Shown piece after piece: positions 17,717 to 26,952 of a stretch of DNA of 64,000 bases. A program made the position numbers and the translations under genes. Under the pieces are notes generated by a model. That model was not told where the DNA came from and made no database searches. It saw nothing but the letters and a program-made list of their open reading frames with translations. Source of the DNA: Rhodospirillaceae bacterium (lineage in GTDB: Bacteria; Pseudomonadota; Alphaproteobacteria; Rhodospirillales; UBA2165); the NCBI GenBank assembly GCA_002723345.1, contig PBNV01000003.1, forward strand, positions 9,866 to 73,865, written 5' to 3'. How positions within the stretch are numbered: the stretch's first letter is position 1; every line of letters starts with the position of its first letter.

Positions 17717-18673
17717 TCAGCGATTAGCTGCCGGTATGGAAATTCCAGCTTCCGAATAGTATTTGAGCGCGCCAGGGTGTAGCTTGCCGTAGACATTGGT
17801 CAAAAGTTCGCCTGAAACACCATTCCACCAGGCATGGTTGGCTCCCATATTTTTCTTCTGAGACCAATAGGTTTTTGTCAGTTGGTACGCTGTCTCATTG
17901 CTCATAGATTTAGTCGTATAGGCAACTACAGGTAGAGAGGTGGTGACGGTATCTCCACCGACGCCAGCATAGGTCCCGCCCGGTATTACTAGGCGCGTCC
18001 GCTTGGTTTTCTTAACCTGGTCATCGCTCAAACTTAGCACGTGGACACCCGTCGAGGCAGCCGCTTCGATAACGTTGGGCGCGGGGTAAGAGCCAGCAGT
18101 AACAAAACCGTCAATCTGCCGATTTTTGAGTGCACTAACGGCCGCGTTGAGCTCGACATTGGCGAGTTTTACCTTACCCTCGAGACCGAATAGCTTCAGA
18201 TATTTAGCCCCTTCCTTGGCTCCAAACGAACCTTTGCCGATTAGAATGGTTTTACCGGCTAAGTCACCGAACGCCTTGATGCCTGTATCCTTGCGCACCA
18301 CAAAATGCATGGTCAGCGATGGGATTGGGAACAGCGCACGGATATCACCGTATTTAGGATTGGCCTTGCCTTTGAACATTGCGAGGCCCTTCTGTGCTAA
18401 CTTTATCAGCACAGGGGGCGTAGTAAAAACATAGTTCCCCGTGCGCTTGGCCGCCTCCTTGACATTCTGCACCGAGCCCTGGCTTTCCTCCACGGTCACG
18501 ATAATAGCACCGTTTGACCCCTTCTTCATGGCTTCTGCAATCTGCACTGCCATCTGGTAATATGATGAGGTTGTTTTTGCCGATTTGTAAGTAACGCGGG
18601 TCTCTGCATTTACCATGGGCGCCGACATGGCGATGGCCATGATAACAGCGCTAAGTACTATCCAATTTTTCAC
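17717..18673 (-). CDS. TAXI-family TRAP transporter solute-binding protein
   Basis: 318 aa with a signal peptide and SSYYQMAVQIAEAM..ESQGSVQNV, typical of TAXI receptors. Confidence 0.88.
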   Translation of the reverse strand: MKNWIVLSAVIMAIAMSAPMVNAETRVTYKSAKTTSSYYQMAVQIAEAMKKGSNGAIIVTVEESQGSVQNVKEAAKRTGNYVFTTPPVLIKLAQKGLAMFKGKANPKYGDIRALFPIPSLTMHFVVRKDTGIKAFGDLAGKTILIGKGSFGAKEGAKYLKLFGLEGKVKLANVELNAAVSALKNRQIDGFVTAGSYPAPNVIEAAASTGVHVLSLSDDQVKKTKRTRLVIPGGTYAGVGGDTVTTSLPVVAYTTKSMSNETAYQLTKTYWSQKKNMGANHAWWNGVSGELLTNVYGKLHPGALKYYSEAGISIPAANR

Positions 18674-18986
18674 TTCGCTCTCCCTATTTTATGCAAATCG
18701 AAAATAACAGTTTGTTAGTTTAAAAACGTCACAAGATTAACAGGCCAACACTGGTCTGCAACTGTCGAGTACCGAACCAGTCTCGTTCCGTCAAATCGCG
18801 GAGTAATTTCAGCGACTAGGGGAGATCTAGAGAGGTACAACGGCTAGATCAACTTCGAGGATAGTAAATTTCATATCGAAAAATGTGTCCGTTACACCCC
18901 CCACGTTATTGGGCTGGTTTAGGGGGAGAGCGTAGCCAATTTTTCTATACAGGCTTCATGGTATCGATAGCGAAAAGGGGTTTTAC

Positions 18987-19493
18987 ATGTTGATAGATGA
19001 CTTTTCCGACAAAGCCCTAGTCTCGAGGTTGACGACACGGTGGCGTGCCGTGAGCGATCAGGTCATGGGTGGGCTCTCTGAACCTTCAATCTCTCACACT
19101 ATTATCGATGGCCACACCTGCATGCGCATGATTGGTGATGTTCGTCTAGAGAATAGTGGCGGTTTCATACAAGCTTCACTTGATCTCGACCCGTCGGGGC
19201 AGACTTTTGATGCGTCCAACTTCAGTGGTGTGCGCCTTATGGTTTACGGGAATGCAGAACAATACTCGGTTCATCTCCGTACCTCAGATAATGTCCGACC
19301 TTGGCAGTCCTACCGGGCTCATTTCACTGCGGAGCGGAAATGGGAGACCATTCAACTACCGTTCAAAAAATTTTTACCCCATCGGCTCGACACCCCGTTA
19401 GCAACGGGGCGGCTTCGCCGAGCAGGGCTGGTCGCCATTGGACGACCGTTCCAAGCCGACCTAGCTGTTTCCGAACTCGCCTTTTATACCTAG
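18987..19493 (+). CDS. CIA30 (complex I intermediate-associated protein 30) domain protein
   Basis: 168 aa with W..VSDQVMGGLSE....GGFIQASL...VHLRT pattern. Confidence 0.75.
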   Translation: MLIDDFSDKALVSRLTTRWRAVSDQVMGGLSEPSISHTIIDGHTCMRMIGDVRLENSGGFIQASLDLDPSGQTFDASNFSGVRLMVYGNAEQYSVHLRTSDNVRPWQSYRAHFTAERKWETIQLPFKKFLPHRLDTPLATGRLRRAGLVAIGRPFQADLAVSELAFYT

Positions 19494-19981
19494 GTAACGT
19501 TTAACAACCAGATGGAAACATTGAGTGCTATTGCAAAGACGACCCAGGCCGCATAAGGCACTAACAGGAGGGTTGCTAGGCGTTCAATGCGCCAAAACAC
19601 AATCATGTTAGCAACAATCGCCACGAAAAGTATGACAATGTCGATCAAGGCTAAGTCAATCCGCTGAAAGCCAAAGAACAGAACAGACCATGCAAAGTTG
19701 AGAAAAAGCTGCAGGCCAAATAGGGCAAGAGCTCCGCGCGTTGCCAGCGAGGCGCGTCGGCGCCAGATCCGCCAACCGGAGACACCCATCAGGAAATAAA
19801 GAGTAGTCCAAACAGGGGCAAACACCCAGTCAGGCGGATTGAACGACGGTTTCGCCAGGGCTTGATACCATGTATCAACGCTTGTTGCGGTGACCATACC
19901 CCCGGCAGCGGACACCAAAAGGCACAGTGTCACGAAAACAAACAAACCAAAAAGATCCAGTCTTCTGGTCAGTGGCATCAC
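19490..19981 (-). CDS. tspO: TspO/MBR tryptophan-rich sensory protein
   Basis: 163 aa, 5 TM helices, with WYQALAKPSFNPPDWVFAPVWTTLYFLMG and LFLNFAWSVLFF. Confidence 0.9.
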   Translation of the reverse strand: MMPLTRRLDLFGLFVFVTLCLLVSAAGGMVTATSVDTWYQALAKPSFNPPDWVFAPVWTTLYFLMGVSGWRIWRRRASLATRGALALFGLQLFLNFAWSVLFFGFQRIDLALIDIVILFVAIVANMIVFWRIERLATLLLVPYAAWVVFAIALNVSIWLLNVT

Positions 19982-20108
19982 ATCAGACGGCCTTGGATTC
20001 CGTTAACCATTTAGCTCAACCGGTGGCGTAATCGGATAAAAATGTCAAGATTTCTGTAAGCCGGTTTACGACTAGGCAAGGCAATTTAAAGGCGGCACAA
20101 TAATCAAC

Positions 20109-20864
20109 ATGCCGTCAGTCGAAACCATACTTCTCGTCAGTGTCGTCTTCCTAATCGCTGGTTTTGTCAAAGGCGTGATCGGTCTGGGTTTGCCGACCGT
20201 CTCCCTAGCGCTTCTGGCGGCAACGATCGGATTAAAACCTGCCGTTGCAGTGTTGATACTGCCAGCACTAGCCACCAATGCCATTCAAGCCATGACAGGT
20301 AGTAGCTTACTTGAAATCGTCCGCCGGACCTGGACATTCATCCTCGTTGCTTTTGTCTGCACCTGGCTGGGCGCAAGCATTCTCGCGGGATCCACCTCAC
20401 CGGCCTTTGCTGCCCTGCTGGGCTTGGTGACGGCCGCGTATGCCGGGTTTAGTTTGGCCGCGCCGCAAATTTTTATGCCCAAAAATTGGGAACCGGTACT
20501 CAGCCCTGCTTTAGGTGGTATCTCCGGAATGGTGACCGGCCTTACCGGCACGTTCGTGGTCCCCGGGGTCATGTATTTGCATTCTCTAGGTTTTTCCAAA
20601 GATAAACTTATTCAAGGGATGGGCATCCTGTTTACCATGTCCTCGCTCGCCCTTGGCATCAGCTTCGGCAGCCATGGACTGATTTCCAACAATCTTATTG
20701 TCGTGTCCGCCATAGCGTTAATACCAGCCTTTTTCGGCATGTTTGTGGGCGTTAAATTCCGTAATCGGCTGAATAACAAACAATTTCGAAGGGTCTTCTT
20801 TGTGTCCTTACTGTTCTTGGGGATTTACATCATGGCCCGCTCGCTATCCGTAAACCTACTGTGA
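20109..20864 (+). CDS. TauE/SafE family sulfite/anion exporter
   Basis: 251 aa membrane protein with FLIAGFVKGVIGLGLPTVSLALL near the N-terminus and a second GG.SG repeat. Confidence 0.8.
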   Translation: MPSVETILLVSVVFLIAGFVKGVIGLGLPTVSLALLAATIGLKPAVAVLILPALATNAIQAMTGSSLLEIVRRTWTFILVAFVCTWLGASILAGSTSPAFAALLGLVTAAYAGFSLAAPQIFMPKNWEPVLSPALGGISGMVTGLTGTFVVPGVMYLHSLGFSKDKLIQGMGILFTMSSLALGISFGSHGLISNNLIVVSAIALIPAFFGMFVGVKFRNRLNNKQFRRVFFVSLLFLGIYIMARSLSVNLL

Positions 20865-21145
20865 TAACCTTAACGCTGCCCTTTCTGGCATAGTCAGCAG
20901 GCGGTTTAGCGAAGACACTTTAATGCGCTTTACCCCGTGCTCCTCTCTGGCTTGCCTTTACGGGCGCCAGGCATATCGTTCCTAAGCAAATAAGGTTTAG
21001 AGTCGGTTATTTTTAATTACGGATATAAAAATTATTTATTGGTATTCCCTAATCCATAAAGAGGCTTTGCTCATTTTAAGAGAGTTATATTGAAGCCACC
21101 TAAGCTATGCATTGATAATTATCGGGAAATTCGTGGAGAAAATTC

Positions 21146-22786
21146 GTGAGGGAAATACCTATTATCATCACGGGAGGGGGCTCTGTCGGTTTAACCTTAG
21201 CCGCAGAGCTAGGTTGGCGCAGGATCAGTTGTTTTGTGGCGGAAAAATCATCGGTTTTAAACTCACATCCGCGCGCCAATGCCGTCGCCAATCGCACGAT
21301 GGAATATTACCGCCGCTGGGGGATTGATAAAGCAATCACTAACGCCGGAGTTCCGCCCGATCATCTCGCAGATTACTACTGGGTATCAAGCCTGCACGGA
21401 AGAGAATTGCACCGCATTTCTCTCCCTCCTTATAAGAAAATCAAGGAAGTCCATGATACGTCGGGCTATGTCAAAGAAGAGCATACCTGGTCACCCTATT
21501 TGAAAACGATTACCGGCCAGAATGAGGTGGAACGGGTATTATTAGATTACGTGCAAACACTCGAAGATGTTGATTTTAGATTTAATTACGAACTCATAGA
21601 TCATGAGCAAGATGATAAGGGTGTTATCTGTGAACTGAAGGATCTTAACACAAACGAGACGACCGAAATGAGGTGCGAATATTTGTTGGCCTGTGATGGT
21701 GGGCGCTCACAAGTCCGTGAAAAATTGGGTATTAAGTTAAGTGGCCGCGCCAACCTGGCCAGGTTTGTCTCAATCTACTTTAAGGCTCCCCATTTTATGG
21801 AATGCCATAAATTCGGTGCAGCCAATATTTATTTTCCTCTCCATAAAAATTATGCGGGTTTTATTCTAAACTGGGATAGTGGAACGACCTTCACCTACCA
21901 CTTAATGCTTCAAGATCAACAGGAATGGGATGCGGTGGATCCTGTGGCAGCAATCGAAGCCGTCCTCGGGACCTCAACTCCCATCGAAATTATTTCGACT
22001 CAACCCTGGACAGCCCATGCTTTGGTTGCCGATCAGTACCATAAAGATCGTATCTTTCTTGTTGGAGACGCTGCTCATTTATTTACACCCACAGGAGGGT
22101 TTGGAATGAACACGGGCGTTTCGGATGCGATTGATCTAGCCTGGAAGGTGCAAGCTATGCTCGAGGGTTGGGGAGGAAACAAACTCTTGGAGAGGTATTC
22201 TTCAGAACGTCATCCTGTAGGTGTAAGAAATACCGCAGAAGCAGCAGATTGTTTTGACCGCCTTAATTCGGTCATGAAATATGGAGATGAACTTGACGAA
22301 GAAGGGTCAAAAGGTAGGGCGTTTAGAGAAAAATTAGGCGTCGAATTGAAGGAGCAAGAAAAACTCATATCTTCTTCAGGAACGTTATTGGGTTACCGTT
22401 ATGAAGGTTCTCCAATTGTTATCCCGGATGGGACAGAAGAGCCGGCCGACGACCCGCGGACTTATGTATCTATTGCAAGACCAGGTCACCGGGCCCCTCA
22501 TATTTGGTTGGAAGAAGGAGTGTCTCTCTTCGACAAACTGGGACCTGGTTTTAACCTACTAATATTTGGAGTTATGGAAGCGAGTATAGGACCAATACAT
22601 GAAGCCGCAAAAAATATTGGTTTGCCCCTGGATATCATCCAAATCAATGATCCTTATGCGATCACGTTGTACGAGAATAAATATGTAATTATCCGACCAG
22701 ACTTAATGGTGGCTTGGAGATCAAATAGCTTTCCCGAAACTCCGACGGACATCTTGAATATTCTGCGTGGCGAAAAGACAGATTAA
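21146..22786 (+). CDS. FAD-dependent aromatic-ring monooxygenase (PheA/TfdB family)
   Basis: 546 aa with a GTG start after GGAGAA. Motifs IIITGGGSVGLTLAAEL, CDGGRSQVR and FLVGDAAHLFTPTGGFGMNTG. AT-rich codon usage. Confidence 0.85.
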   Translation: MREIPIIITGGGSVGLTLAAELGWRRISCFVAEKSSVLNSHPRANAVANRTMEYYRRWGIDKAITNAGVPPDHLADYYWVSSLHGRELHRISLPPYKKIKEVHDTSGYVKEEHTWSPYLKTITGQNEVERVLLDYVQTLEDVDFRFNYELIDHEQDDKGVICELKDLNTNETTEMRCEYLLACDGGRSQVREKLGIKLSGRANLARFVSIYFKAPHFMECHKFGAANIYFPLHKNYAGFILNWDSGTTFTYHLMLQDQQEWDAVDPVAAIEAVLGTSTPIEIISTQPWTAHALVADQYHKDRIFLVGDAAHLFTPTGGFGMNTGVSDAIDLAWKVQAMLEGWGGNKLLERYSSERHPVGVRNTAEAADCFDRLNSVMKYGDELDEEGSKGRAFREKLGVELKEQEKLISSSGTLLGYRYEGSPIVIPDGTEEPADDPRTYVSIARPGHRAPHIWLEEGVSLFDKLGPGFNLLIFGVMEASIGPIHEAAKNIGLPLDIIQINDPYAITLYENKYVIIRPDLMVAWRSNSFPETPTDILNILRGEKTD

Positions 22787-22873
22787 GCTGCATATATTTG
22801 TCCGATAAAGATCGGTGGGGCATACAGAAACCACAGAGGGTTCCAGAAGAACGGTTTTTGATCAGCCTGTTGG

Positions 22874-23077
22874 ATGGATGGAATATTTAGGTGCGGCATG
22901 AAGGTTACACAGTCAACCCGAACAGCATTAACAGTTAGTACTATCTGGTGTGTTATTGTAGTAGTTGTTGCAATGATAGGTCTGATATCGGGAAGGCAAT
23001 TAATTGAACAGACACTGGTTATCGGATTAATTGTTATATGGTTAGCAAAGATTTTTCTGGCTTGGGCAAAGAGATAA
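22874..23077 (+). CDS. possible small two-helix membrane protein
   Basis: 67-aa ORF (or 59 aa from ATG 22898) with two hydrophobic helices. A/T-rich third codon positions match the island. No family recognised. Confidence 0.35.
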   Translation: MDGIFRCGMKVTQSTRTALTVSTIWCVIVVVVAMIGLISGRQLIEQTLVIGLIVIWLAKIFLAWAKR

Positions 23078-23182
23078 CCTAAGTCAATCATTCAAGTATC
23101 ATACGCTGGCAGTCTTGGAGCATGCCCACTTTCTTATTCGTAGTGGAGGTTTTGCTATGCATAAACGCTACAATAAACCACT

Positions 23183-23863
23183 TTATCGCTTTGCTTTGCG
23201 CCATCCCGCCTTTTCTGCTGCTTCCTCTGTGCAAAAATAGCGCTCTGATTTGGCAACGTTAATTTTAGTTTGTGCGTAGAAACGACTACCTGGCAGATGA
23301 TAAATTCGCTCGCCTGAACGATTAATATTACCTTTTATAAGGCAATCTTTATCCGTGATTTCCTTTTTGTGTCCGAGCCGTTTTCCTCTTCGCCATTCCC
23401 AAGGGGGAGTAAATTTACCCGCCCACATTCCTCGCTGCACGCTCTTGGAGATCCCTTCCATCGGCACGTACTCACTCGAATATTGCCGATATGCGAGTGC
23501 CAACCCCTGGACCACCATCATCTCGCCCAAGTTATTACCATTCGAAAAACACCGACCAACAACCCGGCCATACCGGTCCTGGTCTAGTTTCTCACAACTT
23601 ACCTCTGACCCCATTACGAGACTTCGCATCAGTTTGGTGGCCTCGACACCGCATTTCCAACTGATGTTCTCTTTTATACATACCTGATTTTTTTCAGGTG
23701 CATCGATGCCGTGGATTCGAATGGGTATTTGACCGATTTTTAGTGTGTCCCCATCTATAACCGTCGCCCGTCCGCTAAGCCATGCTAGCTCTCGCTGTTC
23801 AGCTCTAACAGTTGTGCTGATATTAGAGAGAAGCAGCACTGCTGCCATAAAATATCGGATCAT
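23183..23863 (-). CDS. secreted staphylococcal-nuclease (SNase/thermonuclease)-like nuclease with Cys-containing C-terminal module
   Basis: Signal peptide MIRYFMAAVLLLSNISTTVRA. SNase-like core GDTLKIG...IRIHGIDAPE...DRYGRVVG. C-terminal CLIKGNINRSGERIYHLPGSRFY..YFCTEEAAEKAGWR. The ATG overlaps the RND stop (ATGA at 23860-23863). Confidence 0.8.
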   Translation of the reverse strand: MIRYFMAAVLLLSNISTTVRAEQRELAWLSGRATVIDGDTLKIGQIPIRIHGIDAPEKNQVCIKENISWKCGVEATKLMRSLVMGSEVSCEKLDQDRYGRVVGRCFSNGNNLGEMMVVQGLALAYRQYSSEYVPMEGISKSVQRGMWAGKFTPPWEWRRGKRLGHKKEITDKDCLIKGNINRSGERIYHLPGSRFYAQTKINVAKSERYFCTEEAAEKAGWRKAKR

Positions 23864-26800
23864 TGTTTCCGCTTGACCGTGATGTCATCCAAAATTGCTA
23901 TGATTGATGGAGCTACAAACAAGATCAGTAGGGTTGTACCCATCAAACCAAACACGATGGTAACCGCCATAGGAATAAGAAATTGTGCTTGGAGGCTAGT
24001 TTCAAAAAGCAAAGGTGTTAAACTGCCAATAGTGGTAACAGACGTCAGGATGACAGCGCGCAAACGGTCTCGAGTTCCATCTATAATGGCATCATAAATT
24101 TCTTGTCCATTTTTAATCCGATTGTCGATGGTTCGGACTAGTATAATCGAGTCGTTAACGACGATACCGGATAATCCAACCAGAGCAATTAGGCTCAAAA
24201 TTGTAAGATCATAACCCAACAGCGCGTGCCCGATCACGGCTCCAACTAACCCAAAGGGGATAATTACCATAACAGCAAAGGGCCGCGTGTAACTCCCGAA
24301 AATCCATGCTAAAATTATATAAATGCTGCTGAGCGCTATTAACGCACCGAGTTGCATATCTGCCAACGTAGTTCGTTGCTCCTCTGCACGTCCCGCGAAA
24401 CTCGCACTTAGGTCATAACGTTCTGCAATTTCATTTAAGCCGTCCCGCTGAAGTGCTGAGAGTATTTTGTTGTTATTGGTAATCGCTTTGTTTGTCTCAG
24501 CGGTAATCGCAACCTCTCGTCTTCCATTTTCTCTGGTAATACTCGAGAAACCCTGTTGTTCACGTATAGTCACAACCTCATCTAATAATACCTCCGACTT
24601 GCCAGAATCCTGTAGCCGAAAAGTCGCAAGACTTTTTGATGAGGTACTATTTTCGGGGTATTTTACCCTAACCGAGACCTCTTCGCCATTGCGTTGGAAA
24701 CGCTTTGCTATCGCACCCTCAAGAGCATCACGAATTTCACGGCCAACATTTTGTGTTGAAAACCCTAACGACTGACCTCTCGGCGTGAGGTTGATAATGG
24801 CTTCTTTTTGACCAAACTGTAGATTGTCATCTATATCCAAAACCCCTGGATACCGTGCGAGTAAATTTCTTACCTCAAGGGCTGCCTGCTTCAATTTCCT
24901 CAAGTCATTACCAGAAAGTCGTATGTCAATATCACGTCCGGGTGGACCGCCTTGAGCTGCCTTGATTGTAAAAATATTTGTCCCAGGTTTTGGGATAACT
25001 CTCTCGCGCCAAGCTGCTATAAAATCCGAAGTTCTGATATCACGATCATCCGAAGCCACTAATTCGACTTCAATACCTCCGAGATTATCTGATTTGGATA
25101 CTGGTGCGTCTGCACGAGCCACACTCGTCCCTATTTTTAAGAGTTCAAATTTCAATAGCCCTCCCTTGCCATTGGTGAGGTCTTTTTCTGCAGCGTACAT
25201 CGCTCTCTCTAACTCACGGACCATTTGCAGTGTTTGGCCACGGGGGGTTCCGGCCTCCATCTGAACCGCGGCAAATATTTTATCCGCCTCTGGAGCAGGA
25301 AAAAAAGTGAAATTTATTCGGCCACCTGCGATGACGCCGATACAAATAATCAAGGTGGCAAGCGTTGTAGCAATGGTTGTGTATCGCCACTTTACGGCAA
25401 TTTTAACCCAACTCGCGAAAAGGCCATCGCGAAAACGGTTAAAAGCTTCATTAAAACGCTTCTTATACTCACTTATTTCTCGAATATTTACAGCCATTGC
25501 ACCGCGCAAATGGCCAGGCAGCACCAAAAAACACTCAATGAGACTAGCGATGATCATCGCAACAACAACAAGTGGGATGCCGCGAATAATTTGGCCAATG
25601 ATATCTGAAATCACAAATAATGGCGTAAAAGCGGCTATGGTTGTGAGAGATGATGCAAAAACTGGCGCCGCCATATCCATTGCACCTTTGTCAGAGGCAT
25701 CAATTGGACTCAGCCCGTTCCTGTATTGTTGGTCAGCATGTTCCCCAACGACAATTGCATCATCCACCACAATCCCCAAGGCCATGATTATTCCAAATAG
25801 GCTTATCATGTTTATGGTCTGGCCACTCGCCATCATCACCGCTAGCGTTGCTAAAATGGCGACGGGAATTCCAACAGCAACCCAGAATGCAACTGGTGCA
25901 CTGAGAAATATGAAGAGGATAATCATGACGAGCACTAATCCGCTCAATCCATTCTCCAGTAGTAATGCGATACGACTCCGAATTAGATCTGATTGGACAT
26001 CAAAAGTTTCAACACTGATACTGGGTGGCAATCCTGGCCGAAGTTTTTTCAAATATGCATCTACTTTATCAGCTACTTCCAGGGCATCGGCAGATGTCGC
26101 CCGCTGGACATGAAGTTCAATAGCTTTGAGGCTTTTCCTCTCTAGCTCAGGTTGGTTTGTAGAAAATTGATCGGTGACCTTAGCTAATTCTCGCAAAGAG
26201 ACCTTTTGGCCATTATTCAGCGATAAGATCTCAATTCCTCCGATGCCTTGTGCAGTTTTCTCCAGACCGAGTGACCGAATGGATTTTTTTACGTCTGCGC
26301 TTAAGTCACCTGACGGAAAATCTTGTGAGGTTCGGCTGATCTTAGTTGCGATATCTGATATTGTTAGATCAAGTTGAAGCAGTAATTCTGGCGGCACCTC
26401 GACCCATATTTCTTCGTCACGAGCACCAGTTATTTCAACCTTATCAACACCATTATCTAGGAGATCATCTCGAATTTCCAAAGCTAACCTCTTCAACGAA
26501 ATTTCTGGTAATCGACCGGACACAACGATCTTGCTGATAGTGTCGTACCGAAAAATACGTTGGACAGTTGGTTTTTCACTGTCTTCAGGTAACGTATCTA
26601 CCCGATCAACTGCCGTCTCGACGTTTCCCAGTGCAGCTTGCATATCGGTTCCAGGGAGGAATTCCACTACAACATTTGCCAGTCCTTGGACTGAGGTTGA
26701 GCGAACTCTCTTAATCCCATCTAGAAACCGCACCTGGGCCTCGATTGACTGCACGATATTATTATCAATATCCTCCGCGCTTGCGCCTGGCCACTCCACT

Positions 26801-26952
26801 TTTACACTCACCCAATCAATCCCAAAATCTGGAAAAAATTGCGTATTTGTCTGTCGCAAGGAAATGAGGCCGGCAATGATCATTATGATCATAAGCAAGT
26901 TTGCTGCTGTCGGATGGCGAACAAAAAAGGAAATAAAATTTAGGTTCTTCAC
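23860..26952 (-). CDS. RND efflux transporter permease (AcrB/HAE family)
   Basis: 1030 aa with 12-TM architecture and two large loops. FFVRHPTAANLLMIIMIIAG at the N-terminus. GTG start overlaps the MFP stop (GTGA at 26949-26952). Confidence 0.92.
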   Translation of the reverse strand: MKNLNFISFFVRHPTAANLLMIIMIIAGLISLRQTNTQFFPDFGIDWVSVKVEWPGASAEDIDNNIVQSIEAQVRFLDGIKRVRSTSVQGLANVVVEFLPGTDMQAALGNVETAVDRVDTLPEDSEKPTVQRIFRYDTISKIVVSGRLPEISLKRLALEIRDDLLDNGVDKVEITGARDEEIWVEVPPELLLQLDLTISDIATKISRTSQDFPSGDLSADVKKSIRSLGLEKTAQGIGGIEILSLNNGQKVSLRELAKVTDQFSTNQPELERKSLKAIELHVQRATSADALEVADKVDAYLKKLRPGLPPSISVETFDVQSDLIRSRIALLLENGLSGLVLVMIILFIFLSAPVAFWVAVGIPVAILATLAVMMASGQTINMISLFGIIMALGIVVDDAIVVGEHADQQYRNGLSPIDASDKGAMDMAAPVFASSLTTIAAFTPLFVISDIIGQIIRGIPLVVVAMIIASLIECFLVLPGHLRGAMAVNIREISEYKKRFNEAFNRFRDGLFASWVKIAVKWRYTTIATTLATLIICIGVIAGGRINFTFFPAPEADKIFAAVQMEAGTPRGQTLQMVRELERAMYAAEKDLTNGKGGLLKFELLKIGTSVARADAPVSKSDNLGGIEVELVASDDRDIRTSDFIAAWRERVIPKPGTNIFTIKAAQGGPPGRDIDIRLSGNDLRKLKQAALEVRNLLARYPGVLDIDDNLQFGQKEAIINLTPRGQSLGFSTQNVGREIRDALEGAIAKRFQRNGEEVSVRVKYPENSTSSKSLATFRLQDSGKSEVLLDEVVTIREQQGFSSITRENGRREVAITAETNKAITNNNKILSALQRDGLNEIAERYDLSASFAGRAEEQRTTLADMQLGALIALSSIYIILAWIFGSYTRPFAVMVIIPFGLVGAVIGHALLGYDLTILSLIALVGLSGIVVNDSIILVRTIDNRIKNGQEIYDAIIDGTRDRLRAVILTSVTTIGSLTPLLFETSLQAQFLIPMAVTIVFGLMGTTLLILFVAPSIIAILDDITVKRKQ

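Noticed and set aside
22834-22847. AGAGGGTTCCAGAA as a possible att-type repeat of the tRNA-Ser T-arm (GAGGGATTCGAAC)
   Set aside because: Only a short gapped resemblance, lacking the tRNA 3' acceptor sequence, so it is not distinguishable from chance.
22783-23091. 102-aa minus-strand ORF in the gap after the monooxygenase gene
   Set aside because: Odd composition (Ile/Thr runs), no RBS, and it overlaps the more plausible plus-strand two-helix ORF. Neither is strongly supported.
25307-26113. 268-aa plus-strand ORF, plus several others of 100-144 aa between 23873 and 26965
   Set aside because: These are antisense shadows of the 1030-aa RND gene. They are low-complexity, Ile/Ser/Thr/Ala-rich, and match no recognisable family.
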